Assembly (NCBI GenBank): GCA_037440465.1
Contig: JBBIUB010000002.1
Coordinates: forward strand, 32,001 to 96,000
DNA: 64,000 bases
Origin: Coprothermobacterota bacterium
Lineage (GTDB): Bacteria; Coprothermobacterota; HKB111
Direction of reading: 5' to 3'
Shown here: positions 7,950-17,454 of the stretch, one piece after another
Position numbering within the stretch: position 1 is the first letter of the stretch
How the letters are laid out: each line of letters opens with the position of its first letter
Program-made: the position numbers and the translations under genes
The notes under the pieces: generated by a model
The model's input: the letters and a program-made list of their open reading frames with translations, nothing else
Told to the model about the DNA's origin: nothing
Database searches by the model: none

Positions 7950-10346
7950 CTATTTCTCTTCCCTTTTCTCACCTCCTTTTTCTTTTATTGCACTTAAGAC
8001 TCCCTCTGGACTTAAAGGAAGTCTCTTTATGCGAACACCAATGGCATCATATACTGCATTAGCTATAGCCGCTGCTGTTGGTATCATTGGATGTTCTCCA
8101 ATTCCTCGAGCTCCAAAAGGTCCATCATGTTCTGGAGCTTCAATAATATTAGAAACGATATCTGAAGGCACATCAAGTGAAGTAGCTATTTTATAGTCAG
8201 TGAAAGAAGGGTTTAGTGTTTTTCCATGCTGGTCAAATTTGAGTTCTTCAAAAAGAGCTGAACTTAATCCCTGAACAAGCCCCCCTTCCATCTGCCTTTT
8301 TACCTGTAGAGGATTAATTGCTTTACCAACATCAAAAGCAGAGGCTGCTTTGAGAACTTTTATTACTCCAGTTTCTGTATCTACCTCCACTTCTACTGCT
8401 TGTGCGCCAGTAGTAAAATGAACCACTGGTTTTCTCCCCTGACCAGTCTCAGGATCTACAGGAGTAACATCTGGTGGAACAAACATGCCATGCCCCATAA
8501 TCGGACCTCCTTCAAGCTTTCCATCAGGCATCCTTATCCCATATATTGCCACATTCTTAAGTGCTATCTTCTTTGTAGGGTCACTAAGACAAACAACATG
8601 ACCATTAATAAGATACAGGTCTTTGCTATTAACCTCCCAGGATTTACTCAGGAGTGCAAAAACCTGATCTTTTATATCCTGACAAGCTTTAAGAAGAGCA
8701 TTACCAGTGGACCAGGTTAGACGACTGGCTACAGTTTGCCATTCATATGGATTTCTATCTGTGTCTGGAGATAATACCTTTATCTTCTCGGGGTGGATGG
8801 TTAATGCTTCAGCAGCTATCTGGGTTAAAACAGTATGATACCCTTGTCCTATTTCCATTCCAGAAGCAAGGATATTTATAGAACCATCTTCATTGAATTT
8901 AACAAAGACTGAAGAGCCTGCATCAGGTGGCATAGCTGGTGCCTTCCACATAGCAGCAATACCTTTTCCTCTCACCTTAACAGGACTTTTACATACTTCT
9001 TTCTCCTTCATGTTTAAGGTGGTAGCCACAGTTAGAATGCAATCCGAGAGTCCTGTGGGGTGCATTTTATTGCCTGTAAGGGTTTCTGCTCCTCCTCTTA
9101 GGGCATTCAACAAGCGAAACTCAACAGGGTCCATGCCAAGCTTAACTGCTGCTTCATCCATATGAGATTCAATGGCAAAGTGAATCTCGGACATACCAAA
9201 TCCTCTATAAGGACCTCCTACAGGATGGTTTGTATAAATGCAATATGTATCAGATTTAACATTGGGAATCTCATATGGGCCAGAAGAAGAATAACCAGAT
9301 GCCCTTGTTATATTCACTCCATATTCAGTGTAAGCACCTCCAGCCCAATAGTATTTAACCTCCAGAGCTTGGATTTTACCATCTTTTTTTACCCCCATTT
9401 TTACGAAAGCCTTGAGGGCCTGTCTGACGAATGTACCAAAAAACTCTTCTTCCCTGGTCATCCTGAGTTTCACAGGGTATCCAAGAACTTTCATTGCTAA
9501 GGGAACAAGACAAGCTTCTATGGTAACTCCTGCTTTAGAACCAAATCCTCCACCGAGATAAGGGGTTATTACTCTCACTTTACTTTGAGGTAATCCAAAA
9601 GCCTGAGCTATAAGATTCCTTTGAGCAAAGGGGGATTGGGAAGAAGTCCAAAGGGTTACATTTCTTCTAAAATCAACTTCTGCGATAGCTACATGGGTTT
9701 CTATAGTAGAGTGCTGTATATGGGGAACTTGATAGGAATCTTCAATTATTATGTCAGAATTCTTAAAACCCTCTTCCAAATTCCCTTTTCTCACCTTGAA
9801 ATGGTTACTGATATTAGTACCAGGTACTGGATAGATAAAGTCAGAATGAGGATATCTCCCTAAGTCTGGATGAATTATTGGAGCTTCAGGCCTTGCTCCC
9901 AATACTGGGTCAAAAACTGTTGGAAGTTCCTTATACTCTACCTCTATAAGCTCTAATGCTTCCTCTGCAATCTCTTCAGAGATAGCAGCCACTCCAGCTA
10001 CTGGCTCACCAATAAATCTAACCCGGTCAACTGCGTAAAGGTTCCTATCCTTAAGATAAAGACCAATTAAATATGGAAAATCAGTGCCAGTAACTACTGC
10101 CTTGACTCCAGGTAGGCTTAGGGCTCTCTTTGTGTCGATATTGATTATCTTACCGTGGGAAACAGGACTTCTTTTTAGTTTAGCGTGAAGAAGTTTGGGT
10201 CCAAACTGTAAGTCATCAGTATATTTTGCTTCACCAGTAACTTTTTCCCAAGCATCTACCCTGGGTATGTCTTTTCCAATCCAGGAAAATTCTTCTTTAA
10301 CTATCTCTAATTCAATTGTTTCTTCTTTTATTTTATCGGAAGACAT
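7950..10346 (-). CDS. Xanthine dehydrogenase-family molybdopterin-binding large subunit
   Basis: KVTGEAKY, GGGFGSK, YRGFG, EIGQG, QMEGGLVQG, GARGIGE (catalytic Glu). Confidence 0.92.
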   Translation of the reverse strand: MSSDKIKEETIELEIVKEEFSWIGKDIPRVDAWEKVTGEAKYTDDLQFGPKLLHAKLKRSPVSHGKIINIDTKRALSLPGVKAVVTGTDFPYLIGLYLKDRNLYAVDRVRFIGEPVAGVAAISEEIAEEALELIEVEYKELPTVFDPVLGARPEAPIIHPDLGRYPHSDFIYPVPGTNISNHFKVRKGNLEEGFKNSDIIIEDSYQVPHIQHSTIETHVAIAEVDFRRNVTLWTSSQSPFAQRNLIAQAFGLPQSKVRVITPYLGGGFGSKAGVTIEACLVPLAMKVLGYPVKLRMTREEEFFGTFVRQALKAFVKMGVKKDGKIQALEVKYYWAGGAYTEYGVNITRASGYSSSGPYEIPNVKSDTYCIYTNHPVGGPYRGFGMSEIHFAIESHMDEAAVKLGMDPVEFRLLNALRGGAETLTGNKMHPTGLSDCILTVATTLNMKEKEVCKSPVKVRGKGIAAMWKAPAMPPDAGSSVFVKFNEDGSINILASGMEIGQGYHTVLTQIAAEALTIHPEKIKVLSPDTDRNPYEWQTVASRLTWSTGNALLKACQDIKDQVFALLSKSWEVNSKDLYLINGHVVCLSDPTKKIALKNVAIYGIRMPDGKLEGGPIMGHGMFVPPDVTPVDPETGQGRKPVVHFTTGAQAVEVEVDTETGVIKVLKAASAFDVGKAINPLQVKRQMEGGLVQGLSSALFEELKFDQHGKTLNPSFTDYKIATSLDVPSDIVSNIIEAPEHDGPFGARGIGEHPMIPTAAAIANAVYDAIGVRIKRLPLSPEGVLSAIKEKGGEKREEK

Positions 10347-10355
10347 TTTCCACCC

Positions 10356-10826
10356 CTACTTAGAAAGTATGTTTGCAGCATGACGAGTTGCTTCTACAAT
10401 AGCTACATATCCTGTACAACGACATATATTGCCAGCAATAGTTTCTTGGATTTCCTCTTCTGAAGGGTCAGGATTTCTCTTCAAGAGAACTGATAAAGAT
10501 AAAATCATCCCTGGTGTGCAAAAACCACACTGAACAGCACCTTTTTCAATAAAAGCCTCCTGAAGAGGGTGCAATTTTCCATCTTTTACCAATCCTTCTA
10601 CGGTAATTATTCTTTTCCCATCTATCTCTATAGCCAGAACCAGACATGAGTTTACTGGTTCATCGTTCAAAATAACGGTACAGGCTCCACATTCTCCTTT
10701 ACCACAACCATATTTAGGGCTTGTAATTCCAATCTTATTTCGTAATACTTCTAAAAGAGTCTCCCATGGAAAAACCTCAAGATTGTAGTTTTCTCCATTA
10801 ACCATGAAATGAATACTTTTTCTCAT
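10356..10826 (-). CDS. Xanthine dehydrogenase-family 2x[2Fe-2S] small subunit
   Basis: GCGKGECGACTV..SC, QCGFCTPG, GNICRCTGY; start taken as ATG 10826 (SD GAGGT, overlaps the upstream stop). Confidence 0.92.
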   Translation of the reverse strand: MRKSIHFMVNGENYNLEVFPWETLLEVLRNKIGITSPKYGCGKGECGACTVILNDEPVNSCLVLAIEIDGKRIITVEGLVKDGKLHPLQEAFIEKGAVQCGFCTPGMILSLSVLLKRNPDPSEEEIQETIAGNICRCTGYVAIVEATRHAANILSK

Positions 10827-11701
10827 ATAACTACCTCTCTCAAAAGCAATAACTTCTCCCATGCTTTTAATAAAGCTCTTTTTGTGAATACTTTGCACAT
10901 CTCCAGACGATATTGCCTGGAAGAACGCACATCATCTATAGGTGATACTTCTTCAAGAATCAGGGGAAGTCCTTCTTCAACTAATTCTGAGGTCAAAACT
11001 TTATGACGCAGATAATTTTCAATCTTTGTAGCTCTAATTGGAGTAGGAGCAACAGCCCCCAAAGCAACTCTGTATTCAAAGCCGGAGGGAGTATCAAGAA
11101 CTAAAGCTGCAACTCCAACTACTGCTAAATCTACTGCGGCTCTTCTTCCAAGCTTCAGGTATATGGACATATGGGAATATCTTGGATGTGAAATAAATAT
11201 TTCTTTAACTAATTCGCCTGGTTTCAAAACATTCAATCGAGGTCCTTTAATGAAAGAAGACAATTTTATTCTTCTCTCCCCATCAAGTCCAATCGTTAAA
11301 ACCTCACTATCATAGCATAGAAGAATTGGAACCATATCAGCTGAAGGTACAGAGCTAACAAGATTTCCAGTAAGGGTCCCTCTTGCACGAACCTGATATG
11401 AACCAACTGATGAAGCAGCTTCCTTTAATCCAGGAAAATAATTGCCAATATTTAAAGAGTTAGATATTTCGTTTAAAGTTGTTAAGCTTCCAATGTGTAT
11501 TCCTTTATCATTATAAATAAGAGTTTTTAACTCGGAGATTTCTTTTATGTCTATAACATATCTGGGTTGTTCAAGCTTTTCTTTCATCCTGACTATCAGG
11601 TCTGTCCCACCATTTAAGTAAGCTCCACCTTCTCCAAGTTTTCTGGTTATATCAAGGGCTTCTCTAATGTTAGAAGGTCTATAATAATCAAATTCTTTCA
11701 C
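10823..11701 (-). CDS. Xanthine dehydrogenase-family FAD-binding medium subunit
   Basis: FDYYRP, GGTDL, VGSYQVRARGTLTGN, SAD, GAVAPTPIR, PIDDVRSS..YR. Confidence 0.92.
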   Translation of the reverse strand: MKEFDYYRPSNIREALDITRKLGEGGAYLNGGTDLIVRMKEKLEQPRYVIDIKEISELKTLIYNDKGIHIGSLTTLNEISNSLNIGNYFPGLKEAASSVGSYQVRARGTLTGNLVSSVPSADMVPILLCYDSEVLTIGLDGERRIKLSSFIKGPRLNVLKPGELVKEIFISHPRYSHMSIYLKLGRRAAVDLAVVGVAALVLDTPSGFEYRVALGAVAPTPIRATKIENYLRHKVLTSELVEEGLPLILEEVSPIDDVRSSRQYRLEMCKVFTKRALLKAWEKLLLLREVVI

Positions 11702-11718
11702 AGGCTTCCCTACCTTTT

Positions 11719-12531
11719 TTATTCCTTCTTAACAAAAGCTACCAATCGACAGAAGGCAGCTTCACCTCCAACAAACCTCCAGGGGAAGCAACCAACATAA
11801 ACCCTTTGGTTAAGGATTTTGTCTATTTCTCCTCCAATATTCTCAAGATGGAAAATACCATACTTGAAAAGACCATAATGGGTAGTTTGATAATCATCCT
11901 CAGGAAATATCTCCTCAAGAGTCTTCCCCAGCTTTTTTTCAGCTTCTTTAGCTAAATCTGGTCTTACTTTTCTTATTACTGTATTCATTGGGTGGTCGGT
12001 TGAACCAGCATCTATTGCCATCCAGGAAATCTTTCTCTCAAGGACAAATCTGGTGAATTCTGCTGTGGGACCCGGATGTTTAATAAAATATTTGGTTTCA
12101 TCTGGAACACATTCTCCATACCAGTTACCGGGATAATATTTATGGTAACCGGTATTGATTATAAGAATATCTCCTTCTTTAATTTTTATCCCAGATTTCT
12201 TCTCCCATTCTTCAAAATGCTCAGGTGAATATATTTCATAATCACCAATACCAAACTGTGATAAATCAACTACCACTGCTGTACCAAAAAGCTTGTTAAT
12301 AGGTATTTGAGCAACATCTTGACCATTGGTAATGAAATGAAGTGGGGCATCAATATGGGTACCTACATGAAGAGTAGTTGAAATATGTTGACCTCCTACT
12401 CTATCAAAAGCTACTCTTTTTATCCACTTTATTATTGGTCCTTCATAGGTGGCAAATGCTGGTGTGTGTACACCCCAATCTTGTGTGAGGTCAAGTAGCT
12501 TTACTCCTTTTAAGTCCTCAAATTCTTCCAT
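11719..12531 (-). CDS. Cyclase-family metal-dependent amidohydrolase (kynurenine formamidase/isatin hydrolase-like)
   Basis: HVGTHIDAPLH matches the HxGTHxDxPxH metal motif; HLENIG; start ATG 12531 follows SD AAGGAGG. Confidence 0.88.
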   Translation of the reverse strand: MEEFEDLKGVKLLDLTQDWGVHTPAFATYEGPIIKWIKRVAFDRVGGQHISTTLHVGTHIDAPLHFITNGQDVAQIPINKLFGTAVVVDLSQFGIGDYEIYSPEHFEEWEKKSGIKIKEGDILIINTGYHKYYPGNWYGECVPDETKYFIKHPGPTAEFTRFVLERKISWMAIDAGSTDHPMNTVIRKVRPDLAKEAEKKLGKTLEEIFPEDDYQTTHYGLFKYGIFHLENIGGEIDKILNQRVYVGCFPWRFVGGEAAFCRLVAFVKKE

Positions 12532-12567
12532 ATATTCCTCCTTCATATTTAAATATTTAAGGTTCTT

Positions 12568-12796
12568 CTCAAATTATGTCGTTAAACAGGGTTCAAGGGT
12601 ACAAGAATTCAAGGATTCGAGGGTTCAAGTGAAAATCTTAAAAATACAACTTCTTGACTGCTTGAACCTTTCAGATAAGACCTCTGCCTAACCTTTAATT
12701 CTTTGTAGTTATTATGCATTTTACTGGACTCCTTGACTCCTTAGCCCCTTGAATACTTTCAATTCATAATCATTTCAGTTTAACAACTAATTTAAG
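12568..12796. repeat. Intergenic hairpin element: ~20-bp imperfect terminal inverted repeats enclosing opposed arrays of 8-bp repeats (consensus GGRTTCAA)
   Basis: CTCAAATTATGTCGTTAAAC versus revcomp CTTAAATTAGTTGTTAAAC; five octamers on + (12589-12628) and four on - (about 12725-12756). Confidence 0.7.
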
Positions 12797-14183
12797 GTGA
12801 TCCATATTTTCTTACAAAAGCCCACCCTGCCATTTCAAAGGCTGTGATAGGTAAACGGATAATTCCAGCACCCACCTGCCCAACTCCTGGATTTTTGTGA
12901 GCTACTCCAGTATTCAAAATAGGAGTAATGCCAGTCTTTATAACTTTTAATATATCAATACCGAGAGGTGTTCCCCTGAAATTTAAATAGGGGATAGTAA
13001 ATACCTCGTTTAATGAATGAGTAATCTCATACATATCTAAATTATGGTCCATAGCATCTTTAGGTGTACCACCAATAAACTGCACTATAGCAGGAGCAGA
13101 AGCAAGTGCAAATCCACCCAGGCCTAAAGTTTCCATAATTGCAGAATCTCCCAGGTCCGGGTTAGCATCTTCCTCAGTATATCCTGGAAAGAAAAGAACA
13201 TCAGGGATAGCTGCTTCAGATACAAACCACTCCTTATCCAAACCACTCACCCTAATGCCAAAATCCGTTCCATTTCGGGCTATCACATTAACAATTGATG
13301 AATAATCAACTCTTTCAGCAGGTTCCAGGCAGGATTTAGAAGCGCCCATAGCAAGATTCAAAAAGAAGTGGTCGTTACTATCAATAAACTTCAATAATTC
13401 CTCTCCCTCTGCGACACTTCTGGATACATGAAGAATAGAGGGTGCTATGATTCTGAAAAATAGAGATGTGGCAGCTCTATTTCTGTTATGTAGCTCATCA
13501 CCCATGTGCAAAGCTTGGCTCATAACATTCTTAAGGTTAATATCCCCCAACTCATCTATTGCTTTTGACAGAACTGGGTAAAGAACATTCTCCATCCACT
13601 TTAACCTTTCAATTACCTCCTGGCTATAAGCACCGAACCTCAATGCTTTACCCAGGCCTTCATTTTGAGTAACATACACCATATTTCCAAAAGTATTGTT
13701 TTTAATTATAAAGACAGGCATAGATGGTGAGATTACTCCAGCCATTGGACCTACAGCATGATAATGATGAGTTGGTTCAAAGCGAATATCCCCTGAAGAA
13801 GCCATCTCCCAGGCGTCTTTTTCTTTAGAAGTCCATCCCTCATAAAGAATAGCACCTATTATTGCTCCTTTCAAAGGTCCACACATTCTATCCCAGGTAA
13901 TTGGTGGACCAGCATGAAGAAGGAATTTACCTCCAAAGCCTGGTATTATTTCCGATGCTCTACCCATACCCCAAAGATTGGGTTTTGCTGAAAGGATAAT
14001 ATCAATAACCTTATTATTAGCTTCCTCAATTATCTTAATAGGTAATTTTCTGAGGTTATTAAGAAGTTCTTTATCAAGAGATGGTGGTCTAAAATCTACC
14101 TCAACTACTTCAATGCCCTGGCTTTCTAAATCTCTGGCAAAAGCCTTAAGACCTATATTTATAACTTTAAGCTTGCTCCACAT
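12792..14183 (-). CDS. DUF1116 protein (YahG/YlbE-AllG family, oxamate carbamoyltransferase-like subunit)
   Basis: LLHAGPP, AVGPMAGVISPSMPV, NEGLGKALRFGA, ALHMGDELHNRN, NDHFFLN, RNGTDFGIRVSG, PDLGDSAIMET, INTG/LNTG-VAHK..GQVGAG. Confidence 0.9.
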   Translation of the reverse strand: MWSKLKVINIGLKAFARDLESQGIEVVEVDFRPPSLDKELLNNLRKLPIKIIEEANNKVIDIILSAKPNLWGMGRASEIIPGFGGKFLLHAGPPITWDRMCGPLKGAIIGAILYEGWTSKEKDAWEMASSGDIRFEPTHHYHAVGPMAGVISPSMPVFIIKNNTFGNMVYVTQNEGLGKALRFGAYSQEVIERLKWMENVLYPVLSKAIDELGDINLKNVMSQALHMGDELHNRNRAATSLFFRIIAPSILHVSRSVAEGEELLKFIDSNDHFFLNLAMGASKSCLEPAERVDYSSIVNVIARNGTDFGIRVSGLDKEWFVSEAAIPDVLFFPGYTEEDANPDLGDSAIMETLGLGGFALASAPAIVQFIGGTPKDAMDHNLDMYEITHSLNEVFTIPYLNFRGTPLGIDILKVIKTGITPILNTGVAHKNPGVGQVGAGIIRLPITAFEMAGWAFVRKYGSP

Positions 14184-15717
14184 TTAAACTCCTTATAACC
14201 TTGCCTGCAAAAAAACTAACTTCTCTATTACTCTTGAAACATAGTGCACCTGCTTCTTCCAATGCTTTTTCTATCATATTCTTGTTCTGAATATCTTCGT
14301 GAGTACCACATATATGAACTACAGGCAAGACTTTTCCCTTACATTCATAAATTAGGGGTAAGATTTCTTTCAGAGGTTCCATGGGTGCGCCATAACCAAG
14401 TATAAGGTCAAAAAAGATGATAGCTACATCTTCATCTTTAATCTCCCTGGATATTCTGTTTACTCGAAAAGTGTAATCAATAATAGGATGAAGGCGTCCA
14501 ACAGTAAACTCGTCTTCACCGAGATCAATAATAGTATTATTAATACTTTTAACCCCCTGAATTTTGAACTCTTTAGAAAGTGGGGTATTAGAATAAACTT
14601 CTCCAATAAGACCTTTTAAAACAAGAAGTGCTTCATAAGCCAGTGTTCCGCCTGTAAAAAGACCCCTTAAATATCTTCTTTTACCAGAAATCTTCTTAGC
14701 CTCCTCAAAAGCTCTGGAAGAGATTTCATCCTCTCTTTTTTTCAAATAATCCTTTACATTTGTGGGGTTTTCCTTTCGTGTTAATGTTAGAGATAATAAT
14801 GCTGCCTCTTCTAAAGACTCAGACCAGAAAAGATTAGAAGGAAGATCTGGTGGAATCGTATCTCCCAAAAAACAAACAACTACAGGTTTTTTTACTTTTC
14901 CTGCCTGTTCAAAAATCATGGAAGATACTTCTGGGTCGGGAGGTTTAGATATAAGCATAACAACTTCTGTATTATTATCAGAGGAAAGGAATTGGAGACC
15001 CATGAGAGTAGTAATGCCACCTACCTTAATATTTAAATCTCTACCACCCGTACCAATAGCGTGAGAAATCCCACCACTATAATCAGAGATGATGGAAGAT
15101 ACTTCCTGAATTCCTGTACCAGCTGCAGCTACTATTCCTATAGAACCTTTCCTTATCTTATTTGAAAATGCTATGCCAACCCCTCCTATAATGGCAGTAC
15201 CAGCATCTGGACCCATTAAAAAGAGTCTTCTATCAAAAGCCATTTTTTTTAATTTAGCTTCTTCATCCAGAGGAACATGATCTGAGAAAAGAAATACATT
15301 TAATCCTTTTTCAAGTAATTCATGAGTAACCTCGTAAGCAAAACGCCCTGATACCGAAACAATAGCCAGATTTAAGTCTGGTATAGCCTTCAAAGCCGAA
15401 CTTATACTCCTTGGCTTGTGTATACTTTCTTCTTCTCTTGATTTTTTTCTTATTAAGAGTGAACACCCTTCATTAAGTGCTTTGGAAGTTGATTCTTTAT
15501 CTTCTCCTTTTACTACCAGTATTAAATCCGAAGGTTTAGCCTTTTTGAATTCTTCAAGGAACATACCTGCTTCCTCTAAGAGTTTTACATTACTTTCTGT
15601 ACCCATATACAGAGCAGCTTCTATTACTCCAGGCATGGAAGATACCTGCTTGGATATAAGCATTAAAGTAGCGGAATCAAAGTAACTACCCTGTTTAATT
15701 ATTCCTTCTACCCACAT
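14167..15717 (-). CDS. FdrA/YahF (AllF) family acyl-CoA-synthetase-like protein
   Basis: YFDSATLM, MGTESN, FLFSDHV, MGPDAGTAII, GTGIQE, GTGGRDL, GLFTGGTLAYEA, DLGEDEFTVGRLHPIID. Confidence 0.9.
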   Translation of the reverse strand: MWVEGIIKQGSYFDSATLMLISKQVSSMPGVIEAALYMGTESNVKLLEEAGMFLEEFKKAKPSDLILVVKGEDKESTSKALNEGCSLLIRKKSREEESIHKPRSISSALKAIPDLNLAIVSVSGRFAYEVTHELLEKGLNVFLFSDHVPLDEEAKLKKMAFDRRLFLMGPDAGTAIIGGVGIAFSNKIRKGSIGIVAAAGTGIQEVSSIISDYSGGISHAIGTGGRDLNIKVGGITTLMGLQFLSSDNNTEVVMLISKPPDPEVSSMIFEQAGKVKKPVVVCFLGDTIPPDLPSNLFWSESLEEAALLSLTLTRKENPTNVKDYLKKREDEISSRAFEEAKKISGKRRYLRGLFTGGTLAYEALLVLKGLIGEVYSNTPLSKEFKIQGVKSINNTIIDLGEDEFTVGRLHPIIDYTFRVNRISREIKDEDVAIIFFDLILGYGAPMEPLKEILPLIYECKGKVLPVVHICGTHEDIQNKNMIEKALEEAGALCFKSNREVSFFAGKVIRSLNVEQA

Positions 15718-16582
15718 AATTCCTCACAAAGCATAAGCTAAAATAAAATCCTGTTAGAAAGTCAGCACCAGACGAGTGACCTATTTTTATAACCTGGAGA
15801 ATACTTGTCTCCAGAGTAGTTATATCATATGTAAATAAATTATTCACCATAACTCTGACAAATCTTCCAGCTAATCCAGCATAGGCTTCTTCAAGGAAAT
15901 GGTAACTAATTTTATTAGTCAGATTTTTAGCTAACGTAAGGATAGTTTGGCTTAAAGAAGAAAATTCATAAAAAAATATATTAAAAGAAAGGCTAAAGAT
16001 ACGAAGTCCCAGGATAAAACCTGACAGAAAATCATCACCTGATGGAGTTAAGCCTTCTCCTAACCCCAGTAGCAAAGTTACTCCAGTTTTCTGTTGCTTT
16101 TTATCTAATTTAAAGAGGTGAACTAACCCAGATGATGCTTTTTTTAGTATATGAGAATTCTCTTCTTTTAGAAGTAGCGGTGTCAGGCCTCCAGGATAAG
16201 CATCTCTAAGAAGAATAAGCCTTATAAGTTCAAGGCCCTTTTCAAGATCTGAAAGAGGTTTTTCTTGAATATCAACTCTTGGATTATAAAAGGAATAATT
16301 ACTACATTCCAACTTTTCATAATTGGTAATCAAAAAACCATTCTCTCTGATGAAATGATCGCCAACCTTGTAATTTAAAAATGGTTTATCTTGAATTTCG
16401 CAGTTCAAAAGAAAACTTCGAGCACCGTCAGAGTAGTTTCTAGCTCTCACTTCCACTAATTTCTCATCCGAAGTCTCCAGATATAAAACACCTGGAAATA
16501 CACTGTAAACAGTTGAGTAACCACCAACAGGTAAAAGATCTAGTGCTTCCCGGCTAACTGATACTACTCTTTTCAGACTCAC
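15695..16582 (-). CDS. DUF2877 protein (YahE/YlbF-AllH family)
   Basis: LLGLGEGLTPSGDDFLSG, TNKIS, IGHSSGADFLTG signature motifs. Confidence 0.88.
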   Translation of the reverse strand: MSLKRVVSVSREALDLLPVGGYSTVYSVFPGVLYLETSDEKLVEVRARNYSDGARSFLLNCEIQDKPFLNYKVGDHFIRENGFLITNYEKLECSNYSFYNPRVDIQEKPLSDLEKGLELIRLILLRDAYPGGLTPLLLKEENSHILKKASSGLVHLFKLDKKQQKTGVTLLLGLGEGLTPSGDDFLSGFILGLRIFSLSFNIFFYEFSSLSQTILTLAKNLTNKISYHFLEEAYAGLAGRFVRVMVNNLFTYDITTLETSILQVIKIGHSSGADFLTGFYFSLCFVRNYVGRRNN

Positions 16583-17454
16583 TCAGGGTTCCTTCTTTTA
16601 TATGTAGGGAAAGGACTTTTCGCTGACTTAAGGATAAGTTTTCCATAAGCATCCAGATTACGGTCTTCAAGATGATTATAAACCATCGGTGCCTTAGAAC
16701 CATATGAAACATATCTCAAAGGATCAGGATCCAGTTCACAAGCAATGACATCCTCCCCTCCTCTTGCTTGAGCTAACTTTTGAGCAATAGGGTTTACTAT
16801 CATGCTGTGTCCGTAGTGATAATTACCTGAAGCATCAAGGCCTACTGCGTTTGTGGCTAATAAATATATGTGATTATCAAATGCCCTTGCTCTATTTGTA
16901 AGATCCCATATTTCAAAGCTTCTTAGAAATGCTGAGGGTCTTACTATTATTTCTGCTCCTTGCAAAGCCATAATTCTTGCAAGTTCTGGGAAATCACCAT
17001 CATAACAAATAATAATACCTATTTTTGCTAAGCGAGTATTAAAAACAGGTACCTGAAAGCCTGCTTTTACATTTTTTTCTGTTGGGAAAGGATGGGTTTT
17101 TCTGTAAGTACCAACTATTCTGCCATTATCATCAATTAAAACTGCAGAATTATAAACTTCCTCTTTGTTATGCCCTTTTTCATAAAAAGGAAGGACAATA
17201 TGCACTCGGAGACTTTTACACATATCACAAATTTCATCAGTTAGATTGCCAGGAATATCAGTAGCTAATTCGTAAAGCTCACTTATTCCAAGATCAGGAG
17301 CGAAAGAGGTTACTATAGTCTCAGGAAGTACTATTAAATCTGCATTAAATTCATCCTTCACTTTTCTAACAGAGCTCTTTATTTTGATTATGTTCTCTGT
17401 AATCCTAAGAGGCAATGAATTCATCTGTATACAGGCAGCTATAAATCTTTCCAT
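16579..17454 (-). CDS. Carbon-nitrogen hydrolase (nitrilase/amidase superfamily)
   Basis: Catalytic triad motifs LPE, YRKTH, ICYDGDFPE; GHSMIVNP. Confidence 0.9.
   Translation of the reverse strand: MERFIAACIQMNSLPLRITENIIKIKSSVRKVKDEFNADLIVLPETIVTSFAPDLGISELYELATDIPGNLTDEICDMCKSLRVHIVLPFYEKGHNKEEVYNSAVLIDDNGRIVGTYRKTHPFPTEKNVKAGFQVPVFNTRLAKIGIIICYDGDFPELARIMALQGAEIIVRPSAFLRSFEIWDLTNRARAFDNHIYLLATNAVGLDASGNYHYGHSMIVNPIAQKLAQARGGEDVIACELDPDPLRYVSYGSKAPMVYNHLEDRNLDAYGKLILKSAKSPFPTYKRRNPE

Noticed and set aside
7950..11701. Mo enzyme as an aerobic Mo-Cu CO dehydrogenase (CoxMSL)
   Set aside because: The active-site loop is PYRGFG, not the AYxCSFR of form I CoxL
12589..12756. Repeat array considered as a CRISPR array
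   Set aside because: Units are 8-bp tandem degenerate repeats with no unique spacers, and there are no cas genes in the window
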